Counted from the first letter of the whole stretch, positions 13,480 through 26,807 are shown. The stretch is 58,459 bases of DNA, filler included, from Platydemus manokwari (GCA_037951405.1; 5 parts of 5 records of this genome joined end to end with filler, not necessarily neighbours in it), one strand, 5' to 3'. The notes: generated by a model from the letters alone, not told the origin. Translations and numbers: made by a program.

Positions 13480-13703
13480 TAGTTAGCATTTGTCACATTT
13501 CATAAAAATTATAATTAAACTTAACTTAATTATTGTCAGAGCCATTTTAATTTTATATTTTTGTCAAAACCGTCATTTATTTAATTAACGAATTTTCAGC
13601 CTTGTTCGTGGGCTTGGAACTAACGATTACTCACTTTCGAGACGCATCAGGCTTTGATTACTATCTATTGTTTTTTGTGGAGAACCATCTGAGCCATATG
13701 AGC
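13480..13703 (-). mobile_element. Putative tRNA-derived SINE (degenerate)
   Basis: The minus strand begins GCTCATATGGCTCAGATGGTT (Pol III A-box-like). It later has GTTAGTTCCAAGCCCAC (B-box-like), followed by an AT-rich body with short repeats (AAATGACGGTTTTGACAA / AAATGGCTCTGACAA / AAATGTGACAA). A similar head, TGGTTCAGATGGTTCCCCATAATCAAGC, occurs at 42241 (+). Confidence 0.45.
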
Positions 13704-15519
13704 AAACAAATAGTTATAAGCAATAAGTACAAATTAAAAAATAAATAAAAACGAAATCAGATTTTCAATAAAAAATATCAATAAATTTTTTAAAATTAGT
13801 TTTATTAGATCAAATTAAGGTTTTTTTTAAGAATCTCAAAGTCATAAGGAAAATTCAATCAAAATCTAAATATAGAAGTCAAGTTAAATCCAAAAATAGA
13901 GCAGCAATAAAACTTACTAAAAATAACTACTTTGTTTAGTATCTCGTGAATAACATACACCAAAAATAGTAACACATGCTACTAAGCATAGAATGTTACT
14001 AAAAATAGTCATATTACGAATAAAATACACACACATGATTGAAATTATTTATAAATAAGCCACACTAGTCATTCAAAGCATAATTGTTTTCTACCCACAT
14101 TACTGTTTTACAATCTCTCTTGCACAATTTTTACAAGCACATTTCTGATTGACGACTGTTATTGTTCATGTTTATTTTTGCATTGTAAAATTTCTAAGCT
14201 ACGAAGCTATCCATTTGTTAATTTGCGAAGAAGTTGTCAATTTATTTTATTAATCTTAAAGAAGTCTTCCAGTTATCACATTTTATTTTCAAAGTAATGG
14301 ACCATTTTTTATTGTTCTATAAATTAACTTCAGACCTAGCCTTGTGGATTTTTAAAATCTAATAAGAAACCTATACTTGGTTTCCCACTATATTTTTGTC
14401 CGGAAACACTAAGTGGCCCGCCTTTTACTTTTATCCTGAGGTTTCTTTTCTTAAACAATACCGTTATATATTAGCTTCCAGTTTCGTAAATTTTAACTTA
14501 ATTAACCAAACACAGTTAATTATTTTACACTTTATTATTTTATATTTATATTTTATAAAAATTATTTGTATTATTCCGACGATTTATCTCTCGCAGCAAC
14601 CTTACCTATTGAAGTCCAGATAAGTTAAAGACTATCAAAAACCCTTTTGATCACAAAACCTTACTTAATCCTTTAACAAAATTATCTCAATTAATCTTTA
14701 CAAATGTATTTTAAAATTGCCGGGAATGAATTATTTGTTAAAATAAAATATAAACCAATGAAAATGATTTGAAATAAAATTCATTGTGTTCCCACATTTT
14801 GATATCGATGATCAATTAGATGTTACTGCTAATATCTTAATTAAAAAAAGAACATTATTTGCAAAATAATTATTTGTAATTTCAAATAATTTTTTCCAAT
14901 AAACAATTTGCTTTGAAAAATTAAATATTACGAATTAATTATTAGATATAATTGTTGTTATATGTTCATACACTAAGGATGAATGAGTTTGTTTTAAATA
15001 CAAAAGATCTCCTGGTTCTGTAATATTTAAGACTTTCAATAGAAGGTATTTCTGAATCCAAAGAAAACATATAATTAAAAAATATTTAAGTTTTTTAAAT
15101 AAGTTTGATTAATTATAAAATACAAAAATTATTTTTAAAATGTAACCGTAGTAATGGTTTATAACATAATTGTTTATAATAATCACATTCAAATAATTGA
15201 CATGCTTTCGCATAATGAATTATCGAATATGAGATAATTTTATATATAATGCGATTTTTGATTTATTCTTATAATTCAGTTAATATTTCAATTTTTACGG
15301 TGTCTAATAGGGATAAAACATTGATTTTAAACCAAGTCCCTATTTTAATCCCAACAAAATTATATGATTATTTGAGTTTTTAAATTTAAATTTTTATAAT
15401 TACAAATCGAGTTAGTTAACTACAGACATGTTTAATAATATCATTGGTTATTTTTATAAAATAATTGTAAACATTGAGAATATCTCTCAATTTGCTTCTG
15501 GTGTCAAAAAAGGCGTTTT

Positions 15520-17278
15520 CGTTAATTTAAATAAATTGCAATTCGACCTACTTTGATCCTTTTTTCAAATAATAATATTTTAGGAGGTTATAAAGCTTTA
15601 GTGTATTTAATATTTTTATTTCAAACAACTGAAATTCTCCTCAAGTACTTAAATAAAAAATTCAAAATGTTTTTAAAAAATATACTTAAATAAACTATAT
15701 AGACTTTTGCAATACATTCAAAAAATTAAAAATTTTATTTTATCACCCCTTTTCTTAACTTTAGCCAAATAATTGTTTATAATATACAAATAATTGTTTA
15801 TAACATTCAAATAAATGTTAATAACATTCAAATAATTGGTTATAATATGACTTAATGTTAACTATTGATGGTAATTTTAATTACTCTCAAAAATAATAAA
15901 CTGTAAACCATCATTTAGCCAGTTGGTAATTATAGTATTTGCGATTATATTATCTGGAATCGATTTGCGACGATTCAATCATTGAAGATAAATGACTAGC
16001 TTCAAAACAAGGGTTTATTTTACTTAAATTGCTGATGAAATCGATGAAATGAAAAATATCCATTAATTAATGAAAAGTTACGTACACATTTTCTACAAAA
16101 AAAAATTTCAGAAAACTTTATATGCCTCAAGCACAATTTAGTCTCATTACTGCCATTAAATTTTAAAATACTTTTTAAAAAAAACTTTTCGAATATATTT
16201 TAACAAAAAGTTAACTTTACTAAAAAACGAAAAGTAAATTAAAACAAATTTAGTTCAATTACCATACTTTGAATGTAACGATATCAGAGATTTAAATTAT
16301 TTTATTTTCAGTTCAGTTATGTTTGTTTCTTTTATTAAAAATTGTCTTTTACAACGAGTTTGCAAGTATTCTTAATTCTATATCAGAAGAATATGAATTT
16401 CAAATACAAAACTTAAAGTACAATATTTTAATTAAATGAAAATTCCATTTGTAGATTCATAAAGTAATTTAAGAAAAGAATTTCTTCGATTTACTTCCTT
16501 CAAAACAAATTTTCACGCATGATGTAATTTTAATTATATCTTTCTCAAACTTCATGTTATAATTAATTTTTATAAAAAATTATTTATTTTTAATCCAAAT
16601 TAAATGAATTGGTTATGCCTTGGTATCAGTATTTTAAATTTCTTTGTGTCATAGATTGCTGAAGAACTTTAAATGGTTAACAATATCATGGATTGTCACA
16701 CGTCGACTTTAGAATATAAATAAGAAGAAATGAAAATATGAATAATTTTATAATATCCGTCTTTTTGAATAATTAGTTATTACATGAGATTTTTGACCTT
16801 TTTTAATGTTTACTTTTAGAATATTGAGTAGGGACAAAACAAAATTGTTAAACCAAATTCTTATTCTAATTATAACACTATTATACAACTTTTTATTTTG
16901 TAAATTTAATTGTTTTTTATTATTATACATCACCTCCTTCAACATGTTTAATAGACTAATATTACTTGTATTTATGAAACAATTATATATCACATTTGCT
17001 TCTAATATAAAATTGGGAGTCGACGATAATTTTCAATTAATTGCAATTTGACATGTTATGAGCTATTTATCAAATGATGAATTTTTAAGAGATTTTAAAA
17101 ATCCAGTACATTTAATATTCGATTTTAAACAACTGAAATTCTTATTAAAAAATTAAATAAAAAAATCAGAATGTTTTGCAAGAATATAATTAAATAAATT
17201 ATATATAGTTCATTCAATACATTCAATAAATTAAAAAATTTATATTAGGGCCCCTTTTATTAACATTAGCTTAAATAT
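15520..17278. repeat. Diverged ~250-bp direct repeat pair (~15520-15770 and ~17020-17278), with a 21-nt tandem repeat at ~15768-15848
   Basis: Shared anchors at an offset of ~1504 bp: AATTGCAATT(C/T)GAC, AAACAACTGAAATTCT (15623/17127), CAATACATTCAA.AAATTAAAAA and CCCCTTTT. The unit AAATAATTGTTTATAACATTC occurs about 4 times after the first copy. Confidence 0.75.
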
Positions 17279-18199
17279 TAATTTGACTTCTGCTACGACA
17301 AGCTTTCGTCTAGACTCTAGAATATTTTTCTTTTGTAAATAGACTAAATAAACCCTTTAATAATCTAATAATAATTGTTCATAAAAAAATTTAGAATATT
17401 TCTCAAACTGCTATTTTAAAAATTTTTCTGCTCTTAATAATCAAGAATCGTACATAGGAGAAAATACAATAAATTATGTTGTTTTATATGTTCTTAGTTA
17501 CACACATGTTGGGGTTCTGACAAAATAACTATAACAATATCATGTATAATAGTGACAATATTCAATGTATGAAAGTAGAATGTATGAAATATTCGGTGTA
17601 TATTATAGTAATTTATAATATTCATAATTTGGTTGTACTAAAAACGAATTAGTTTTGTAACGATTTTTAGCTGTTGGAAAATGTAGCGTAGCCTGAAGCA
17701 ACTATTTTAGTTTATTTCATTTTTACCGCACTGTAGCGATATTGTTAAGTTTATTTTAATCGCATTGTAGCAATATATTTTTATGCAACGATGATTTTAA
17801 ATGCCTGCAGCTCTGAACGAAAAATATATATTATTATTACGTAACAATTTATTATGATATTTATTTAAAATGAAATATATTATATGGATATAATAGCGGA
17901 AAGATTAAAGGGGTTTTATAAATTAAATATGAGGGGATTTTTTCCAGAAAATATATCCAAATATTTTATTCGGAAGGATTAAATAGCGCTGACTTTCAAA
18001 CCATATAAATAGAAGTTGAAATCATCACAACTCGCCCGGCCCATCATAAGAAACCACTAGAATACGTGAAGTCAAATTCAATATCAAGAAGAATACTTGA
18101 AGATACATATTACCATAAGAAGCCTTGTGTTATATGCCCTTCGAGTTTTTCATTATATTGATCGAGTGAGTTAGATTGATTTTTTAAAACCATAATCAA

Positions 18200-18430
18200 T
18201 ATTATATACTGTATTTCGCGTTATTGTCATATTATCGAGCTGTGTCTCAAAACATCTTAAAGGTAAAGGCTCGGCTTCTAGAATTGAAGTTTGCAACAGT
18301 TTCCTTTCCAGAAGTTGTAGGTGTCATTGACCTGACCATTTTTATATTTGCTGTATTGTTTAGTTTTAACCAAAACATTTGTTGTATAATTGTATTTCGT
18401 TGTATATTTCATAGTTAATAAACGTTACGG
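18200..18430 (+). mobile_element. LTR-like dispersed repeat, family A (related to 45195-45505)
   Basis: Shares TATACTGT..., TTATCGAGC, CATT(T)GTTGTATAAT...GTATA and AATAAAC with the 45195-45505 copy. Confidence 0.4.
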
Positions 18431-18649
18431 TAAACGAAAGTTGTTAAGTTGTTGATTAGATAGGATATAGTACATTTATATTTGAGACTGATTTTGATTA
18501 AATTGTGTAAATTGTTGATACTGATAATCATAAAATATAGCGATCGGATCATTGCTGCTTATCATAATATCTCCATATAGTATTGATAGCGAGGTGAAGA
18601 AAAAAGATTATAAGATAAGGTATAATTGTGTGTACCTTAAGGGGTTGAT

Positions 18650-18748
18650 CAGAGCTCACAGAGACTTGTCTAGACGGCATTGATCCACAATAAAATATTG
18701 AATATAGACTGATAATAAAATCAACCAAGCAATCACCAACACAAACAA

Positions 18749-18801
<53 letters not shown>

Positions 18802-19270
18802 TCAAACCGGACCAAAACAGAAAGTCAAAACAAAATGGAAAGTCATCAAAAGTCTGATTACTAAAATTCACAAAAGTATAAGCTTGATACTCGAGTTACC
18901 GACCAAAATTACAAGCAGATATTCATGGAACTCAAAGTCTTTTATATAGCTATCGGGTATGTCTGCTTGATATCAAGGATCTTAATTTTCCATTCACTGA
19001 ATCTGTTCGTAGATTGATTTGCTTGGAATTTTTCTCGCATCTCTCATGCCATTAGCGAATATTTGAGCTTGCTTACATCTGCAAGTGTGTGCCTGTCGAT
19101 TCTTAGCTTCTGATTGGTCGCCGGTACATGTGTTTATCTTAAACTGAGCTTGAAATTTCAACGACTTTAAACCTTTAGGCCGGTTTTCCAATAAGTTTTT
19201 TTTGTCATTGATATATAAAACATCAAAAATATACCAGCTAAGAAATTTCAATATTTTCATTCTTAACGCC
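18650..19270 (-). mobile_element. Dispersed repeat family B (LTR-like; related to ~23040-23440 and ~45060-45160)
   Basis: AAAAG(T/A)CTGATT...CACA.AAGT...GTTACCGA...CATGG...TCTTTTATA...GT.TG.TTGAT is shared with the 23.1-23.3 kb region. Both translate on minus to QA.IFA.G.R.A.KI...S.YEQIQ. TGATCCACAA...AGACTGAT is shared with 45.08-45.12 kb. A TATA-like TATATAAAAG lies on the minus strand near 18945. Confidence 0.5.
18749..18797. repeat. Compound microsatellite (CA)n(TA)n
   Basis: Directly visible. Confidence 0.95.
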
Positions 19271-21799
19271 ATGAACGATTAATTTCTAGACAAGTATCAT
19301 TCACAATTTTTGTTTGGTTTAGTTTTCTAAATAATGATTTCAATTACGAAAATCATATTTTAATTAAAAAGAAATATTTTAAAATAATTATTTCAAATAA
19401 AAAGTTGATCTAAGGACATTAAATTTAGTCTATTGCGAAAATTTCCCCTACTTTGTTTTATGAACAACAATGAAAGAAATTAAATCCTTTGGAATGTTTT
19501 CCATTTGTTGTTAAAAGCAAACAGTTAAATAAGATTCAATAAAACAAATTTGGAATATCAAATTTCTGTTTTCTTTTTAAATTTATAAATTCAAAGCTGA
19601 TTTATAATAAGAATATCATTAATTTTATTTTCGTTTTCTTTCAGAGAAATATCAATCATTTTAAAATAAATCAGTATTACAAAGGATGATATAAATCAAA
19701 TGAGCCTATCATGAATTTACCTTTCCAATTTATTTTATAAATTTTATTTAATACCTAAAAGCGAAATAGATTTAATATTAACAATTTAGTTTAAAATAAT
19801 ATTAAATTTCATTGTAATATTTTTATAGTTTATATTCAAGTTAAGTTGGATTTCAAGTTAATTTAATACTGTATAGTTGGTTAATTTAAATAAATAGAGT
19901 TATTGTAATTCTAATTAATTTATTATAACAATTACATTATTAATATTATTTTGGATTTGTGATTATTGAGAAAGAAATTTAAAATTAGATTTTCCCTGTT
20001 ATGAAAAATAAATTAAAAGATATATTTGGAATTCTTCATCAATAAAATTGTAAATTTCCTAATTTTTTTTTCAAATTTCGAATATTGACACAAAAGCTTT
20101 TAAATCTGTATGGATTTGTCAGGGATTCAAATTTACCAGACTTTTGTTTTGATTTTTAAATTTTGTTAAGGAACAAGTGGTTTTAATCGAGTAGATCGTT
20201 TTTTATTGTTTCAATTTTCATTTTTTTATTTACTACAAACTTGTAAAGAACCACAATAATACACTTATTTCTGTGGAATTTTATCCTGTGGTGTCAAAAT
20301 GTTGTTGAAACTCAAAAACTTTATTTTGAGGTCTTTAAGGGCTACCAGCAATTAAACGACCCACCAACCCAAAAGCCAATCTTCGGCTTTCAAATTAAAA
20401 GACTTTAGTTGGATTCTAGCTTCCATTTCCAGAAAATTAGAACACCAATTTTCACCAATGGCGCAACAGGTTGAAAGAAATCTTCAAACTTATATGTTAC
20501 GATAGATGCTAAATCTGTATGACAGAATTTACAAGGGATAATTTACTAAAATTCAATAAAATCGTTGTCACACATTACAAAAAATCACAAATTCGAAGTT
20601 TATGATATAAACAAATATTAAAACCAAAATGAGCTCAGTAATTGAAAAATAAAAAATAATGACACGAGTTAAAGATAATATAAACGCCTAATAAATAAAA
20701 ATATAAATAAAAACCAACTAGTAGAGAAATATTAATTAAAATAAATTCATAAGGATTGAAAAATATGTGGATAATGTTTGAATAAAATAATAATAGTTAT
20801 AATAAAATAATTATTATTAAATGTAATTATTAAAATAAAAAATATTAAAAAATAGATAATGGAAATAAACAATTAAACAAATACAATTTGTTTATTTAAA
20901 TTAAGAATTATATTTGATAGATAGTTTGCCAAATTAGGAAATATCGTGTAATTATTGACTTGACATTTACAAATTATTAGAGAATTATTCGAAAAGAGAG
21001 TTCTACAGAGATGAATTTTTAAATATATATATATTAAACATATTTGAGAAGTATTCGTAAGAGTATTTTCGTATAAAAAGTTGTATTGGATTAAATGGCA
21101 ATCGTAATAGTTATGGCTAACACCGGTAATACTATTAAAATATTTATCGTAAAAATATTTATGAACGTGGTAGTAAGATCAGCAGTAGATCTTTCATCAA
21201 TATCTGTAATTTTGATTCATGGACTCAATCCGCGTTTATCACTCATATGAGAGAACTTAATTAAGAGCTCAACATTTGTAAATGAATAGATTGTACATTG
21301 GGATATAAAATAAAATTTATTGATAAACTTATTGAATTTTGGGGTGAGATTAATAAGTTGTCGACCATTTTCATATTCTTGTTATAGGTGGAGTTGGTGT
21401 TTATTATTTATTAGAACCGTATGAAGACTTGCTTACTGGAAAATCTCCTTCTATCTCGGTATGTCATTGATTTGTTTCAAAGGTTTTTGTTGGCTTCTGA
21501 AAAGCAACATTCATTTGTTTCAATATTCATCAAACACTTCACTAGATATCCATAAATTTAGAAATATAAATACAATCATATTACAAAGTAGTTATAAATT
21601 CATGCTTTGATATTAAGAACTCATATTAGTACTTTAATAAATTTATTTAATTTTTCAACCGCTCTGCCAAAGATTTTTGATCAATAAATAGAGTTGAAAA
21701 TAAAAAAACACAATTAAATTAAATTATTGTATTCGTACTAAATATGTTCGAGAATAAAATGTTTACTTCAAATATTCTATTGTATATAACAATTTTATA

Positions 21800-22714
21800 C
21801 TAATAGGACGAAGGACCATTAAGTATCAATTCAAAAGTAGATATTAGTTCACCGAATTTTCGATAAACGTGACGTTCAACATTTCCGATTTTACATTCAA
21901 GAAAAATGACAACTGCTTCAACAACTTTCATATGAAGCGCCATATACGGTTTTTTATAACCCGGTTGGTTAATATAAGGAAAATAAACATGAGAAAAATA
22001 ACCAATACCACTTTTGTTTGGATAATATTTCAAGCTGAGTATATTTTCATAATCAGCTGGATAACTTCCTTCACAACTGACACTCGGACCAATGACCGCT
22101 GTGTCTTTGATATTGGGTAACCATCCGTAAATATTATTAATGGTCAAAAAAACACAAATCTCATTGGAATCTAAAACGCTGATGGGATCTGCACATGGTC
22201 CTAAGTCTGTCAGATTGAAAGTACATAAATGATCGATAATATTTGGAATTTTAATACCATCGGCGGCAGTGCAATTTGCTGGTAATGATTTTTCAATATT
22301 TGTTGATGATATGTTATTCAAGAAATTTTTGATTTTAATTGAATATTCTTTATATATTTGAGTATTATTCTTTGAATTGAACTGAAGAAGAAGTGTATCG
22401 TCGTATCTAATTGGTATAACTTGTATTCCAGGTGTAAGCCTTAAAATATTCAATTCACCTGTTTGAAATGGATAGCTTTTCCAAGTCATGTATAAGAATA
22501 TCATTACCAATGAATACAATAAAGCCAATAAAAACGCATAAAACCATACATAAAATGTCAGAATTAAAATCCAACTTCTACCAGTTCTGCCAAGACATTG
22601 TTTTGTTTGCTTATTGTAAAGAAATACTAAAAATCCACTCCAACACACTTGAAGTCTGGCCATCAATGTTTCATTTTCACTTCTAATTTCGACTTGTTTG
22701 ACTTCTTGCTCCAT
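21800..22714 (-). CDS. ATP1B: Sodium/potassium-transporting ATPase beta subunit family (X,K-ATPase beta), single exon, 304 aa
   Basis: FLYNKQTKQCLGRTGRSW..IL.FY..FY.FL (N-terminal signature plus TM), PGIQVIP, C.F....LGPC, C.FL..NNIYGWLP, VSCEG, YFPY.NQPGY..P and terminal ECK...FEL. The ORF is complete from ATG to stop. Confidence 0.93.
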   Translation of the reverse strand: MEQEVKQVEIRSENETLMARLQVCWSGFLVFLYNKQTKQCLGRTGRSWILILTFYVWFYAFLLALLYSLVMIFLYMTWKSYPFQTGELNILRLTPGIQVIPIRYDDTLLLQFNSKNNTQIYKEYSIKIKNFLNNISSTNIEKSLPANCTAADGIKIPNIIDHLCTFNLTDLGPCADPISVLDSNEICVFLTINNIYGWLPNIKDTAVIGPSVSCEGSYPADYENILSLKYYPNKSGIGYFSHVYFPYINQPGYKKPYMALHMKVVEAVVIFLECKIGNVERHVYRKFGELISTFELILNGPSSY

Positions 22715-23039
22715 TTTAAAATGAGACTTCTAATATTGATTTAAATTAACAAATTAATTTGGGTGTTGTTTTCAACATTGGAATTATTATGGAAGAAATT
22801 GATAACTTATTAAAAAAATTGATATAATTTCGAAAAAATCAATATTATTTATATTATATTTTAAATTATCATCACAATAATTGTTGCGATATGTTAGTTA
22901 TAATAATAATTATAAAAAATATGATGATAGTCATTTATAAATTAGTATTATTTAATTCGGCAATTCTACTTGTTGGTTATTAACTAACTATGAAATCTAA
23001 AAGTTATAATTTAAAATAAAAGAATCACAAGTTTGACTC

Positions 23040-23440
23040 GTCAAAACGTACAATGAAAATCGTATCACAATACAATAGCAAATTATCACTCAAGGCTGGA
23101 TCAGCATCCTAAAGCCGAATACAGAATAGAAGACAACCAAAAAGACTGATTGTCAGTAAAATCACAGAAGTCAAAGAACAGAGTACAGGTTACCGATCTA
23201 AAAGACTGACAGTTTCTCATGGGATCCAACTTCTTTTATAGACCTATTATGTGTTTGTTTGATGTCCTTGTTTTTGTTGAATTTGTTCGTACGTGGATAT
23301 GTTAGTAATTTTTGTTGCATTTCTCGTGCCATAGGCGAATATTGGTGCTTGTTGCCATTTATTGTTATGCGAGAGTCGATAATTAACTTCTAAATACGGA
23401 TCGATATTAGCGGTGTAATGATTGATAATTGGCATGTGCA
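23040..23440 (-). mobile_element. Dispersed repeat family B, second diverged copy
   Basis: Collinear similarity to ~18840-19100 (see the 18650-19270 entry). Confidence 0.5.
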
Positions 23441-23925
23441 TTTATTGTATATGTGTGTATCAACCATTTAAGCGTTATTTCCGTAGTTCCCGTGAACATT
23501 TTTTGTTGTTTCTGTGACCTACCCAACTCATCTTGTTATATATTTTTGTTCAAAATAATATAAAAATATGTACACCTCATTGTAGGCTGATATTTAGTAC
23601 CTGGACGAAAAATTAAATTAAAGATTTATTTCGATAAGCCCAGAACTCAGTAAATCGATATGTAATATCAAAGCTTCATCAGTAATTGATATCAATCAAC
23701 ACACATCAATTTATCAAATGTAAATACATTATTCTGTAACTTGAAGAAGACAAAAAAGAAGACAAGTTGACACAAGTATTGCTAAATTTCAGGTGCTTAA
23801 TGATAGAATTCACGAGACTGATTAAGTCGTCCGTTGCATTACCTCTATCATCTCATTCTCTCATTCAAAGTGCCTTAAGAAGTCGAATATAAATAATAAG
23901 GCACTAGCATAACAATTATTGAGAT

Positions 23926-24255
23926 CAGTGTTCTTCAAAAGTGAGGAGAGTGCGAGCCGCCAGCGAAAAATTTTGGGGGTTGAGAGAATTTTCATTTTTG
24001 ACACTGACATATATTAAGAACAAATATCTATAGAATTATAAAGATCTCGAATTAGTACTGAGACCAGCAGTCACTGAAATAGAGCCAAGATTTGATGTTT
24101 TATGCTAGCATATGCAAAATCGTTATTATTATCAAATATATTTTAATTTTTTGGTGTTAAAATTTTTTATTATTTTTACTTTATTATTTTTTTGTAGTCT
24201 CTAGGGTTCACGAAAGAATTTGGACCTGTAAAGTGGGTCAAAACACAAAAATTGA
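23926..24255 (+). mobile_element. Internally deleted hAT (Buster/Charlie-type) transposon remnant
   Basis: Starts CAGTGTTCTTCAAA (Buster-like TIR). It then encodes FLTLTYIKNKY...LELVLRPAVTEIEPRFDVLC*HMQ, the characteristic C-terminus of Buster/ZBED5-type transposases, with stops. A GGGTTCACG...GTGGGTCA subterminal motif follows, and the right TIR is eroded. Confidence 0.7.
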
Positions 24256-26636
24256 TTTAGATGACAATCTGTGGATAATAAATATCAATTTTTCGATTAT
24301 TCAGTAAAATTCATTTGAAAAATATTTCAATACGTTGTTCATGAATTTTCATTACAAATTTTTCTATGCTTCATTCGATTCAAGCGATTGCAAGATAAAG
24401 AAGACGATTTAAAAAATTGTTCAAAATTGTATCGAATGAAATGTTGAATGTAATTGAAAATCCTATTTCAAATAAATTACAGAGAAATTCAAACCGGAGA
24501 TACGAAGAAATATTCTGTTTTATTTAAAATAATGGTCTAATTTCGAATCAGGAAATATCTGACGTTTAGTTTTTATCAAATATTTCATCGTTTATTCAAA
24601 TTTGATGGATGTTTAAATTTAGAGATAAAAGCGTCGGTTTTTGAAAATATTTAGATTTTTGAATTTTTCTATTTATTATATAATTTTTTTCATTATTATT
24701 ATTGTTTTTATTATTACTAATTATTATTATTTTGTTGATAATCTTCTTATCCTATTTTTTTCTTCTTCTTTTCTTACTATTATCCTTATTTTTATTGTAA
24801 GCTGCTACTATTTTAAAATATACGCATTAAAAACGAACTGAAAAGTTAAAATCTAAAATCTATTAAATTAGAATTAAAAATTTATTTCATTTGAAGTGTT
24901 TCACATTAATGAAAAGATTTTTTGTTCTGTTGCAAACATTGTTTTTGATTTGAATATTCAAAATGAAAAAATTTGGCAACTAACATGACCATCATACATA
25001 GATTTCAAATATGGATTTCAATAACCATAAAAGCTACTTTGATCAGTCTAATTAATATATACTCAAAATATCTGACTGTTATTTCGCACACTTATTACTT
25101 ACAGCTTGACAGTAAGCACAACGTTAGTGTTGAATTTTGGTTTCGTTCCAGCATATCCCTTACAGCTATAATAAGATATAATAATAATAATAATTCATTA
25201 AAAAATCCCTTTAAATTTTCCGTTTGTGTATCGCGTGAGTGTGTGTGAATTGAAAAACAGGACTGATATTAAATAAATGATTTACATAACGTAAAATGAA
25301 ATTAAATTCGATTTGTCATTATCCAGACGAAAACCGGTGTTTGTTTTGCTGTTGGAAAAGGTCAAAAAGAATTTCATTAAATAAATCCTGTCACACAATA
25401 TTATATTCAAACACGATTGGTAGTTTGGAGAAATTGTAACAAGAAAATAAAATAAAATAATATTCAATATATCATTTGAAGGAATTTTTATTTTATAATT
25501 CAATTTTTTCTAATATTCATCAATTTTCTTTTGTCATTATTATAAATCGTTTTAACTGTTATTACCGATGAATGTAAACAAATTTAGAAAACAGTTTCTA
25601 TAGGGACCATGTTGCTAAATTCAGTTTGATAATATCTGTTACCTGCCGATATTTTATAAAAGAAAAATTGAAAACAAATCTTAGAACATTAAACCACAAA
25701 AGTATATTTAATGAAAATATTCAAACAAAAATATTTAATAATTTATATTATCTAATATAAATATGATTTCTATTTAAAATGATCATTTAAATCTTTATTG
25801 ATTTGAAAATCCTGATAAATCAATAAATAATATTAATAATAATTAATCAAAAACTACCGACACTGACATTGTATTGTTAAACTTATTTAAAATTTTGTTG
25901 GGTCTCTAATAAAGAAATTTATAACAAGAACTGTGATCAAATTTTGAGAAATGCAGGCATGCTAAAAGTTTATTTAGTTTAATTAATTTTTCTTTTGTTA
26001 TGATAAATTTTTATTTATTTAAAAATAATAATTATATCGCTTGTTAAGTGAAATTGGTAATTTTACAATTTAATTCATTTGTCGTGTTAAATCCTGATTT
26101 CTGAAAAAAGGAAAATTGGGATAAATTGATTTCACAATCGTTATTTAAAACGTTTGACAAGAAATTGTTTTCCGAAAAATAATCAGAACATCATTAAACC
26201 TTTCGCAATGACAGTGATATTGTCGAGTATAGAGGGATCTCACTCAGAATGATGAGCCTTTTTAATTAGAATCCTTACAAATATAATCACCGACCATAGA
26301 ACCAAAATCTCAATTTGACAAAATAGCATATATGTAACTGAAATGCCTTCGATATCTTATAAGCAACCTTTTAAATTTGGAACAACCAAACAACGATGAA
26401 ATGAATTTCAAATACTCATAATATCAACACTAATATGAAATAACAAACATTTCAATGAACCAATCAAAACATGGCAAGACCATAGTATTGTTAATTTTTG
26501 AAAATCAATAATAGGAATATTAATAACAATGTCCGCATCTTCGATATAATTATGAAAGCATAACAGTCTTCAACACTGAGTTAGTTATTGCATGTTTATT
26601 CATTAAGAAAGAAGTTTCTGTTTTCAAGTTCCAACG

Positions 26637-26675
<39 letters not shown>
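26637..26675. repeat. Compound microsatellite (CT)12(CA)7
   Basis: Directly visible, just before a contig end. Confidence 0.95.
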
Positions 26676-26707
26676 TCATTAATCTTTGTGTCTCTTTGCT
26701 AGTCATC

Positions 26708-26807
26708 NNNNNNNNNNNNNNNNNNNNNNNNNNNNNNNNNNNNNNNNNNNNTTAATTAATTAANNNNNNNNNNNNNNNNNNNNNNNNNNNNNNNNNNNNN
26801 NNNNNNN
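26708..26807. other. Artificial assembly spacer N44-TTAATTAATTAA-N44
   Basis: Same 100-bp structure as at 12108. Confidence 0.97.

Noticed and set aside
13600-13703. Intact tRNA gene
   Set aside because: It has A- and B-box-like motifs, but no acceptor stem or cloverleaf can be formed, so it is treated as SINE-like instead.
14380-14700. Minus-strand gtaagg donors suggesting small exons
   Set aside because: Candidate exons could not be joined in compatible phases without stops.
16025-16075. CTGATGA...GAAA resembling a hammerhead core
   Set aside because: Stem I cannot form and stem II is not convincing; such words are expected by chance in AT-rich DNA.
21869-22686. Plus-strand ORFs opposite the ATPase beta gene
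   Set aside because: Antisense shadows with no recognisable domain.
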